Virus record (IMG/VR): IMGVR_UViG_3300011113_000664
Coordinates: 1-64,000 of that record
Reading direction: 5' to 3' (one strand)
DNA: 64,000 bases
Source: a virus
Positions 29,739 through 37,305 of the stretch are shown one piece after another. The notes under the pieces are model-generated. The model searched no databases and was not told where the DNA came from. It saw nothing but the letters and a program-made list of their open reading frames with translations. Made by a program: the position numbers and the translations under genes. Position 1 is the first letter of the stretch. Each line of letters opens with the position of its first letter.

Positions 29739-30620
29739 ATGACACGCAAATCAAATGCAGTCAAGGATTTCAAGGAAAGCCTTGGTTGGGAGGTGGAAAG
29801 ACACACACCTTACACACAAACAAAAAGTGGTCTTGTTCAGGAAGATAAGTATGTTGCGCTCAAAAGAAGCGACACACTTGAAACTCTTTCTCTGTTCCGT
29901 AATACTTACACGGAAACTAAGAATCGTTCATTTGAAGATTATGCAAGGCAACTTGCCGATGCTTCGGGTTATGAACTTGAAGGGTTTGCCGAATTTCGTG
30001 GCGGTACTAAGGTGCTTGCCTACTTAAAAGCTACCGATGACCTTGTGCATCAGTATCTTGGTCTGAAGTCTGAAAACTACTTGGTTTTCGGTAATTCACA
30101 CGATGGTACTACACCTTTGTTCGTGGGTTCTGTAAACATCTTGCTTCGTTGTTTCAACCAATGGGGTCGGGTTATGCAAGGGTTAAAGGTTCGGCACACA
30201 AAGAACCATAACTATAAAGTTGATATGTTTATCGACTTGGTTAAGGGTTTCCGTGCTGAAAAGGAAGCAGAGGCAATCATGTTTCAAAAGATGGCTGAAG
30301 TCAAAATTGACAGGTCTATTTTGGATGCTTTGGCAAATCGGTTGCTAAAGATTGACGAAACAAAGATTAGCGAAGGTGATATTCTTTCTGTAAGAATGGG
30401 TAACACTAAAGCAGCCCTTATGGATTCCCTTAACAAGGAAACAGCGGATTTGGGTATGAATCTTTGGGGTGCTTTCAATGGTGTAACACACTACACCACA
30501 CACACCAAATCTTCAACAGACACCTATGGCAATCTGTTGGGTGGTAATATGAAGTTCAACTCCGATGCACTTTCGTTCCTTACGGATGTTGCTGAAAAAC
30601 AAGGTCTTGTGCTTGTCTAA
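29739..30620 (+). CDS. DUF932-family protein (leaderless)
   Basis: NSHDGT, R.FNQ, VRHT, NLWGAFNGVTHYTTH; ATG at +1 of promoter 29704. Confidence 0.8.
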   Translation: MTRKSNAVKDFKESLGWEVERHTPYTQTKSGLVQEDKYVALKRSDTLETLSLFRNTYTETKNRSFEDYARQLADASGYELEGFAEFRGGTKVLAYLKATDDLVHQYLGLKSENYLVFGNSHDGTTPLFVGSVNILLRCFNQWGRVMQGLKVRHTKNHNYKVDMFIDLVKGFRAEKEAEAIMFQKMAEVKIDRSILDALANRLLKIDETKISEGDILSVRMGNTKAALMDSLNKETADLGMNLWGAFNGVTHYTTHTKSSTDTYGNLLGGNMKFNSDALSFLTDVAEKQGLVLV

Positions 30621-30714
30621 AAGAGAGGGGGCAGAAATGCTCCCTTTTTTTTTAAAATAAATTGTAAGATATGACAACTCGTTTGATATATTAAGGTACA
30701 AGAACAAAACAAGT

Positions 30715-30987
30715 ATGACACAATTCGAACAAGCGGTTGCTTCTGCAAGGTCGGGAGAACTGCAAACACCAAAGGTCTACATGGGTGAAAGAGAAATTGA
30801 TTACTTCGGTTATCAGTTAAACACCCACATCTTCCAAATGAAAATCCTTTCAAAGGGAATGACTTTCAAAGGAATTACTGCAAAGCAGATTAAAGACTAC
30901 TATGGTCTGAAATCAAAAAGGAATGCTGATGCTTTGAAAGAGTTGGAGAAAATACAAGAAAAGTACAAGGCAGAAAGAGGGTATTAA
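30715..30987 (+). CDS. Hypothetical early protein
   Basis: Promoter 30663. Confidence 0.7.
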   Translation: MTQFEQAVASARSGELQTPKVYMGEREIDYFGYQLNTHIFQMKILSKGMTFKGITAKQIKDYYGLKSKRNADALKELEKIQEKYKAERGY

Positions 30988-31009
30988 CCCTCTTTTTTTG
31001 CTCATACCT

Positions 31010-31074
31010 AAAAAAAAGTATGGGCGAAGTACAGGCGATTAACCTTCCCTTGAGTCGGGCTTCTGTATTGCTAC
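31010..31074 (-). ncRNA. Putative small RNA, copy 1
   Basis: Reversed promoter 31109, no ORF, conserved core GAAGCCCGACWCAAGGGAAGGTTAATCGC, U run. Confidence 0.7.
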
Positions 31075-31183
31075 ATCTTAATATATCAAATGATGGGTCA
31101 TTTCTTACATAAAAAATAAAATAAAATTTCTGTAAGATTTGGTAAGTGGTTTGATATATTAAGGTACAACAAACATATAAGAT

Positions 31184-31495
31184 ATGGTAGCACACATTTT
31201 TGAGTCAAACAACAGATGGGATTTAATCGTTGAGACTCCCAAAGGTAATTATCTTTTCATCTTAGGAGAGGTTTCTAAGTTTAGGGAAAAGTATAGGTTA
31301 GATGACCAATGGCTTATTCGTGAAGTCGGGTCACTTGACTTTTCGCCATCAGTTGAAACTGAAGGAGAGTGGAAAGGTTGTAATCTACCTAATAAGAGAA
31401 CCAAGAAGTTAGGTGAGTTGGTTTGTCGAATACTTGGTATCAATGGTCGAAATGTGGCAAAGACCGATGGTGTTTTTGCCTTTGCTGTAAAGTAA
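31184..31495 (+). CDS. Hypothetical early protein
   Basis: Promoter 31131; paralog of 27414..27701. Confidence 0.7.
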   Translation: MVAHIFESNNRWDLIVETPKGNYLFILGEVSKFREKYRLDDQWLIREVGSLDFSPSVETEGEWKGCNLPNKRTKKLGELVCRILGINGRNVAKTDGVFAFAVK

Positions 31496-31581
31496 AATTA
31501 AGGGAGTAGAAATACTCCCTTTTTTTGTAAGATTTCAATTCTAATTTGATATATTATAGTGTAACAAAACAACAAAATAAA

Positions 31582-31821
31582 ATGATTAAAGAAATGTTAT
31601 TATCTCTGCCGAAAGATTTGCAAAAGGAAATTCTTGCAGATGCTTGTAGAAAAAGTTTTGGGTTATTCTTTGAATTTGCAAAAATCTTATTGGATGCTCC
31701 TATTTCAGAAGGTGGTATGTCTACCGAAGAAGTTGAAGAAATCCACAAGACAACCTTTCAAGAAAAATTGAATCCATCAAATAGAATCGTTTGTTCAAAT
31801 AGTTTTAGTACAACAAAATAA
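31582..31821 (+). CDS. Hypothetical early protein
   Basis: Start reassigned to ATG 31582; promoter 31526. Confidence 0.65.
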   Translation: MIKEMLLSLPKDLQKEILADACRKSFGLFFEFAKILLDAPISEGGMSTEEVEEIHKTTFQEKLNPSNRIVCSNSFSTTK

Positions 31822-31822
31822 T

Positions 31823-31948
31823 ATGGAAGATTTCTTTAAGCAACAAAAAAGGCTAAATATGCTCTTTGATGTTATCGTGGTATTAGGCTTTGCCTTTACA
31901 CTATTCGTAATCATTTGTCGGTTACTAATTTTAGCAATTGGGTTATGA
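31823..31948 (+). CDS. Small membrane protein (41 aa)
   Basis: Hand-translated MEDFFKQQKRLNMLFDVIVVLGF...; ATGA overlap with the next gene. Confidence 0.5.
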   Translation: MEDFFKQQKRLNMLFDVIVVLGFAFTLFVIICRLLILAIGL

Positions 31949-32163
31949 AAAATATAGATTGGGTTAATGCAGGATTATTTCTCCTTGTTGCAATATGTTT
32001 TAGTTATATTCTTTACAGCATCATTGAATATCATCGTTCAAAAGATGAACCTCATGAAGGTTATCAAAGGACAATTGAGTATGTTGGCTTTGATGGTAAA
32101 AAACATCAGGCTATTGTACTAAAAACAGGAACAAATAATTGGGTATTGGTAGAAAAGAAATAA
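31945..32163 (+). CDS. Small membrane-anchored protein
   Basis: Start reassigned to ATG 31945; N-terminal hydrophobic helix. Confidence 0.6.
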   Translation: MKNIDWVNAGLFLLVAICFSYILYSIIEYHRSKDEPHEGYQRTIEYVGFDGKKHQAIVLKTGTNNWVLVEKK

Positions 32164-32205
32164 AATAATTTGTAAGATTTGACATTGTATTTGATATATT
32201 AAGGT

Positions 32206-32421
32206 ATGAAGACAAGAACACTAATAGCAATAGCAATCATCGGGATGATGACCTCTTGCACAGAAAACACAACCAAAATGGTTATTGCTCATCGTGTGGA
32301 TGGCAATGATACCACTACCTTGCACAAGGTTAAGGTGGATAGGGAGTTTAAAGCAGGTGAGATTGTTTACCCTATCAATCTTATGAATAAATTCAAGATT
32401 GTTAGAGAATGCAGAAGATAA
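32206..32421 (+). CDS. Small putative lipoprotein (leaderless)
   Basis: MKTRTLIAIAIIGMMTSC; ATG at +1 of promoter 32171. Confidence 0.65.
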   Translation: MKTRTLIAIAIIGMMTSCTENTTKMVIAHRVDGNDTTTLHKVKVDREFKAGEIVYPINLMNKFKIVRECRR

Positions 32422-32756
32422 TGTTTGTTGCGGTTCTATGTTTGTTTGCCTCATCTGTTATGGGGCAAACTAACTACAAGACTATAATGCGTTTGAAAAA
32501 AGATTCAATCCGTAAGGAAATAAATCTTCATTTGCAGAAAGCAAAGGTATTGGAAGGTACTTCTAAGGTTTTACAAGTCGCTGCTTTAGCTTCAGTAGTT
32601 GCCTCTTATCATATCTATAATAAAGAAGGTAATGGTAAACCAATGATTTTCATTCCTTTGACCATAGGTTTATCTGCTTTTGCAACTGATATTTTGGCTG
32701 AAAGGCAATACCAAAAGGCACAAGAAAAAAGAATTAAATTTATTTGTAAGTTTTAA
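32409..32756 (+). CDS. Secreted/membrane hypothetical protein
   Basis: Signal peptide plus two hydrophobic segments. Confidence 0.6.
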   Translation: MQKIMFVAVLCLFASSVMGQTNYKTIMRLKKDSIRKEINLHLQKAKVLEGTSKVLQVAALASVVASYHIYNKEGNGKPMIFIPLTIGLSAFATDILAERQYQKAQEKRIKFICKF

Positions 32757-32779
32757 TTACTAATTTGATATATTAAGGT

Positions 32780-32938
32780 ATGAGAACTTCAGCAACAACA
32801 ACACCCATTAACTATGGGAAAATAAAAAGAGATTTGTATCTGCGTGATACCAATGGTGATTCAAGGTTTACCACTAAGGTTGGTAAGGATGCCAAAAAGT
32901 ATAACAGAAACGCAGAGAAGCGAAAGGATTGGGATTGA
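32780..32938 (+). CDS. Small basic protein (52 aa, leaderless)
   Basis: Hand-translated MRTSATTTPINYGKIKRDLYLRD...KKYNRNAEKRKDWD; ATG at +1 of promoter 32745. Confidence 0.7.
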   Translation: MRTSATTTPINYGKIKRDLYLRDTNGDSRFTTKVGKDAKKYNRNAEKRKDWD

Positions 32939-33066
32939 GTGTTTATTTTGGTGTTTATTTTTCATGAGAAACCCTATCGGTCATATCGGTAGGGTTTTTT
33001 ATTTTAAAATAAATTGTAAGATTCGGTAAGCGGTTTGATATATTAAGGTATAACAAATAAACACTT

Positions 33067-33486
33067 ATGAAAAACTTAGTTCCAACAGAAGCACTTCTTT
33101 CTCTCCTTCAGGGCGATACTCAGTCAAATGGTGGAGAGTTTACCGCACTATCAAAAAGAAGCGGTAAAGACTTTACCTACAAGGTAAGTCGCAAGCAATT
33201 CAACGACAGATGGTACACCCACATCAAGGTGGAAACCAACTACCTTGATTGGCAATACCTTGGTTATTTTAAAGATGGCAAGGTTGTTCGCAAAGGTCAG
33301 GAAGTTGATTCACCTTCAGCAAAAGGCATTGCGTGGATTCTGCACAACATCCAACTTGGTAATCATCAGGCGGTTACAGACCAAGTTGAGGTGATGCACT
33401 TAGGCAAATGTCTAAGGTGCGGAAGACCTCTAACTGATTCAGATTCAATCAGTATTGGATTTGGGCCAATTTGCAGAGCAAAGTAA
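33067..33486 (+). CDS. DUF6011-like zinc-finger protein
   Basis: CLRCGRPLTDSDSISIGFGPIC; promoter 33015. Confidence 0.8.
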   Translation: MKNLVPTEALLSLLQGDTQSNGGEFTALSKRSGKDFTYKVSRKQFNDRWYTHIKVETNYLDWQYLGYFKDGKVVRKGQEVDSPSAKGIAWILHNIQLGNHQAVTDQVEVMHLGKCLRCGRPLTDSDSISIGFGPICRAK

Positions 33487-33628
33487 CAATCTTTAAAGGG
33501 GAAGCATAATGTTTCCCCTTTTTATTGATATTGTTGATAACATTGCGTACACATTGTAGATTGTTTTTTAAAATAAAATGTAAGATTGTCTTACTCGTTT
33601 GATATATTAAGGTATAATAAATAACACT

Positions 33629-33997
33629 ATGAAAAAGACATATGTAATAATTCCGACAGAGTGCAATTCAAACGATGCTTTGCTGCCTCTTTTTAAGAAA
33701 GAAAATCTTACCTATTCTCCTTGGCTGTATTTGCATGGGGAGTTGGAAAACGAATCTGTTCGCTTCGGTGGATGGGATAAGTTTAAATGGTTTGGTGATG
33801 AACCCACTAAGGGTGGAATCTTTGATTGCGTGGTTCTCATTGGGGATGACGATGCAAATATCAAAGTGGTTAAATCCATTGCTTATCTTTGGAAAAGCGA
33901 CTTTGGCAAACTCACAGGTCTTGTGGTTGCAGAGGATGACCAAAAGAGTGTTGATTATGCCCACAAGAATTGGGAAGAAAAGGCAACAATGATATGA
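33629..33997 (+). CDS. Hypothetical early protein
   Basis: Promoter 33579. Confidence 0.7.
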   Translation: MKKTYVIIPTECNSNDALLPLFKKENLTYSPWLYLHGELENESVRFGGWDKFKWFGDEPTKGGIFDCVVLIGDDDANIKVVKSIAYLWKSDFGKLTGLVVAEDDQKSVDYAHKNWEEKATMI

Positions 33998-34044
33998 CAA
34001 ATGGGGAAGATTTTCTTCCCCTTTTTTATTTAAAAATTATATAT

Positions 34045-34107
34045 AAAAAAGTATGGACAAGCTACCTGCGATTAACCTTCCCTTGTGTCGGGCTTCTGTA
34101 TTGCTAC
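34045..34107 (-). ncRNA. Putative small RNA, copy 2
   Basis: Reversed promoter 34142; same core; U run. Confidence 0.7.
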
Positions 34108-34218
34108 ATCTTAATATATCAAACCAATAAGCATTTCTTACATAAAAAATAAAATAATATTTCTGTAAGATTCAGTATGTCATTTGATATATTAAGGTAC
34201 AACAAACACGAACAGACT

Positions 34219-34377
34219 ATGAAACAATATCAAGTCGGGATGGTGGTGAGGTTCATCAATCAAGGTGATGACACACCTTACATAGGTAGAATCATCCAAA
34301 TTCGTAAAAACGAAGTTATCGTTTCATACGAAAGGGATGGTTTCAAACTATGGCAAGCCATCAGAGTCACACACTAA
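34219..34377 (+). CDS. Small KOW/SH3-like protein (52 aa)
   Basis: Start reassigned to ATG 34219; YQVGMVVRF..G.I; promoter 34164. Confidence 0.65.
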   Translation: MKQYQVGMVVRFINQGDDTPYIGRIIQIRKNEVIVSYERDGFKLWQAIRVTH

Positions 34378-34480
34378 GGGAGCAGAAATGCTCCCTTTTT
34401 TTTTAAAATAAATTGTAAGATTATCTTACTAATTTGATATATTATAGTGTAACAATTTTAAACTTTTAAACAATAACATT

Positions 34481-34849
34481 ATGACAAAAATTTTCAACGG
34501 CACACCGCACCCAATCAACATCGTAGAGGGTGCAACCTTCAACCCTCAAATCCGCAAATGGGTAGGAGGCCAAGTGGTAAGAGTAATTCCCTCAAACGGA
34601 ATGCTCAATGCCAAAATGAGCGTGGTAGACCTTCCTTCAACCGATGGAATCCCAACCTTTGGGAAATCATTTGAGGGTGTGGATGCCCTTCCCGATGGTT
34701 TTGACATCTTTATCGTATCTGCCCTCTTCTCATCTGCAATGCAGAAAATGGGTGCTGATATGTCAAAAATCTTCACCATCGGTGACCCTGTGATGTCAGA
34801 GGATGGTAACACCTTCGTTGGATGCAGAGGAATCTGCCCTGCTTTCTGA
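34481..34849 (+). CDS. Conserved phage protein (NxTPHxI family)
   Basis: NGTPHPINI, IVS, GC motifs; promoter 34414. Confidence 0.75.
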   Translation: MTKIFNGTPHPINIVEGATFNPQIRKWVGGQVVRVIPSNGMLNAKMSVVDLPSTDGIPTFGKSFEGVDALPDGFDIFIVSALFSSAMQKMGADMSKIFTIGDPVMSEDGNTFVGCRGICPAF

Positions 34850-34975
34850 TACAGAAAAGGATTTAGTTGTTAATATATGGAAACCCTATCGGTTATATCG
34901 GTAGGGTTTTTTTTATTTATTTCTGTAAGATTACCTTACTCATTTGATATATTAAGGTACAACAGATAAACACTT

Positions 34976-35335
34976 ATGAAAAAGCAATTCGTTATTACAC
35001 TTTCCGATGGAGGGCAAATGTGGGATTTCAAATCCAAATTAGTCATCTTGTCTGCTGATTTTATTGAACTCAGAAGCACTATGGCTGAGTGCGATTGGAG
35101 GCACAAGGCTATGGCTTGCAAGGCTGAATTCTTTACCACCAAAGCAGGTAGGGAAGCAATTCGCCTTGGTGTCGGTCATTCCCACAAGGTGCTGATTTCC
35201 ACCTTTAGTGGGTCAAAATCCTTTCGTAATTGGAATGAAAGGAAAGACCCTACTGCCCTTTTCGCTCACGCACTTGGTATATCCAATGGCGGTGGTTGTT
35301 GGGCAGAAATAACACTTAAAATCAATCAGCAATGA
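34976..35335 (+). CDS. Hypothetical early protein
   Basis: Promoter 34924. Confidence 0.7.
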   Translation: MKKQFVITLSDGGQMWDFKSKLVILSADFIELRSTMAECDWRHKAMACKAEFFTTKAGREAIRLGVGHSHKVLISTFSGSKSFRNWNERKDPTALFAHALGISNGGGCWAEITLKINQQ

Positions 35336-35412
35336 TTGGCTTTTTTTAAAATAAATTGTAAGATTACCTTACTCATTTGATATATTAAGGTACAACAAAA
35401 CCAATAAACAAA

Positions 35413-35769
35413 ATGGAAAATTTCAAAACAGCAATCTACGGAGGCGCAAGTACAATTGTAACAAAACTTAACGAAAAGGTAAGGTCAGGTGACAAAAGTT
35501 GGGAATTGGTAAATATTACCAAAGACCCTGAATACTATAACCAATCTTACGAAGTTCGCCACAATGGTGAATTTGTTATCCGAATTGATAGACTTTACGG
35601 ATTCGGTTTCGGGTCTAATGCTTGGTATCCATATCTAAATAAGGTGCAATTTAAGAAATTGGAAGAGTTGGGTGTTCCTGTTGAAGTGCAATTTAATTAT
35701 CGTGGGAAAAGTATGGAAGAGATAAGTGCTGAAATTAGGGCAATACACGAAATTCTTGAAAGAGAATAA
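35413..35769 (+). CDS. Hypothetical early protein
   Basis: Promoter 35357. Confidence 0.7.
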   Translation: MENFKTAIYGGASTIVTKLNEKVRSGDKSWELVNITKDPEYYNQSYEVRHNGEFVIRIDRLYGFGFGSNAWYPYLNKVQFKKLEELGVPVEVQFNYRGKSMEEISAEIRAIHEILERE

Positions 35770-35821
35770 ATTAATTGGGAAGAGAAATCTTCCCTTTTTT
35801 TATTTCAATATTTTTTATTTC

Positions 35822-35886
35822 AGTTTGGGTGAACTCCCTGCGATTAACCTTCCCTTGAGTCGGGCTTCTGCAACAATCTTTGCTAC
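35822..35886 (-). ncRNA. Putative small RNA, copy 3
   Basis: Reversed promoter 35921; same core; longer 5' hairpin. Confidence 0.7.
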
Positions 35887-35901
35887 ACCCTAATATATCA
35901 A

Positions 35902-36085
35902 ACACAATGTTAAATCTTACAATCTTTTTCAACATTGTCAATACATTCTAATAACATTGTGTATAAACCCACATTGTGTTTACATTGTATATACTTGTCA
36001 AAACACAAACAATGTAAAATAACACACAATACAGAAAGCCATACATTGTCAATACCATTACATTGTCTATCATTCACATTGTCAG
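35902..36085. repeat. Third cluster of ACATTGT motifs
   Basis: About nine copies between divergent promoters 35921 and 36105. Confidence 0.75.
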
Positions 36086-36139
36086 AAATTATTTTAAAAT
36101 AAAATGTAAGATTGTGTATGTAGTTTGATATATTAAGGT

Positions 36140-36373
36140 ATGACACACAGACCATTAAATGTCATTGCCTCCGAGGTTAGGAGGGATTGGCAAAAGGTGA
36201 ACTATGCAGCCAAGCCTTATTTGGATGCAATGAGTTCACTAAACAGCATCAACGATTCCTATGGATGGGATTCGGCAAAGTCAATAGTTTTGTATTTCCT
36301 TGGCAATGCCTCTACTTGGAAGGGAGAGAAGGCAAAGGAGATAAAGGCTGAACTGAAAGCCATGTGCAAGTAA
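36140..36373 (+). CDS. Conserved small phage protein (leaderless)
   Basis: AAKPYLDAM..Y..DSA..IVLYFL.NA..WKGE motif; ATG at +1 of promoter 36105. Confidence 0.8.
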   Translation: MTHRPLNVIASEVRRDWQKVNYAAKPYLDAMSSLNSINDSYGWDSAKSIVLYFLGNASTWKGEKAKEIKAELKAMCK

Positions 36374-36424
36374 GTTTGAAAAAGGCAGTCGGGAGTGGCT
36401 GCTTTTTTTTATTTTTAATTTTTT

Positions 36425-36478
36425 AAAAAAGTATGGACAAGCTACCTGCGATTAACCTTCCCTTGTGTCGGGCTTCTT
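36425..36478 (-). ncRNA. Putative small RNA, copy 4 (no adjacent promoter)
   Basis: Identical to copy 2 over about 50 nt but lacks the 5' hairpin and promoter. Confidence 0.5.
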
Positions 36479-36499
36479 CTTTTTTATTAAAAAAAGAAT

Positions 36500-36610
36500 A
36501 AAAAAAAATCCCTCTGAATTTCAAAGGGATTTTCTAATAAAAATTTATGAATGAAAAACGAAAAACGACCAAGAAACCATACCTGCAAAGCAACTATGCT
36601 TTCCCTCTCT
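36500..36610 (-). ncRNA. Putative small RNA, divergent variant
   Basis: Reversed promoter 36645 to terminator 36500-36535; no credible ORF; contains AGGGAA...GCAGGTA. Confidence 0.55.
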
Positions 36611-36969
36611 GCTATACTATATCAAATGACTTACCAAATCTTACAAAAAAATAAAATAAATTTTGATCCCTAAACCAAGGCCAGGTGAACCAGGGTTTTT
36701 GACTTTTCCAAATTTATTTTCAAATAACCTTACGCAAGATTTATTTTTTCTAATCCTTTGGTTTTTTGAATTATTTTCTGCATGGCAATTTTTGGGTTTT
36801 TCAGAATAGAGTTTTTGATATTTCCAAATTTATTTTCTACCAAGTTTTTTGGTAACCTTACCAAAATTATTAGAATGCGTTTTCAGCCTCATAACATTGC
36901 GTATAAGACACGATGTGCCTTTTTGGTACTCTGATATCAAAAAAAATAGTTATGCGAATACAAAGGAAG

Positions 36970-37237
36970 TCGCTGATTTTCAATGAGTTATGTCTGATCT
37001 CATAACATAGCTTATCTTATTGGAAATCAATCACTTACGGCTTAGATGTAAGATATGGGTAAGAAAAAATTAAAAATAAATTTTTTTGTTTGATTTGTTT
37101 TCTTTTATACACGCATACACATACGCACACACCACGCACCACATATACTGATTCCTGGGGCAAGTCGCTGGTTTTCAGTCAGTTACAAAATCTTACAAAA
37201 TTTTTGAAATTTTTTCTCGCTGATTATCAGTCAGTTA
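36970..37237 (+). promoter_or_regulatory. Cluster of IHF-like sites
   Basis: AATCAA-TCAC-TTA at 37025 matches WATCAANNNNTTR; TCGCTGRTTWTCARTSAGTTA at 36970, 37165, 37217. Confidence 0.55.
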
Positions 37238-37268
37238 TGATTTATTTTAAATTTATTTTTGTGTGAGA

Positions 37269-37301
37269 TTTGGTTGGTATTACTTCTTATGCCGATATTT
37301 G
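37269..37301 (+). promoter_or_regulatory. Bacteroidota housekeeping-type promoter for the sigma-like gene
   Basis: TTTG-N21-GATATTTG-N4-ATG; one mismatch to TAnnTTTG; same N4-ATG geometry as at 8767, 11889, 46773, 49647 and 54483. Confidence 0.6.
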
Positions 37302-37305
37302 CTGC

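Larger units (their letters stand above)
12889..36645. promoter_or_regulatory. Array of 37 phage-specific promoters, TGTAAGA-N12-TTTGATATATT-N5-(+1)
   Basis: First T on plus strand: 12889, 13717, 14197, 15111, 16311, 18033, 18861, 23387, 23637, 24040, 24374, 24632, 25194, 25481, 26024, 26746, 27365, 28300, 28632, 29125, 29704, 30663, 31131, 31526, 32171, 32745, 33015, 33579, 34164, 34414, 34924, 35357, 36105. Minus strand: 31109, 34142, 35921, 36645. Spacing is fixed, and copies sit at gene boundaries, usually just after a terminator. Confidence 0.9.

Noticed and set aside
31030-31065. Small RNA core as a 16S rRNA fragment (resembles CCCGACTC..GAAG...AATCGC around helix 42)
   Set aside because: Gapped, partial similarity over about 30 nt recalled from memory; it could be chance, so it is not called, though worth including in a search.
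32844-33029. 61 aa ORF from the track
   Set aside because: It runs through a terminator and promoter; the leaderless frame 32780..32938 fits better.
12889-36645. Recurring 35 bp motif as a CRISPR array
   Set aside because: Intervals are hundreds of bases and contain genes, the motif has a variable 12 nt centre, and no cas genes are visible.
12889-36645. Integron cassette array
   Set aside because: No tyrosine recombinase in the window and no attC-like palindromes; each cassette carries its own promoter.
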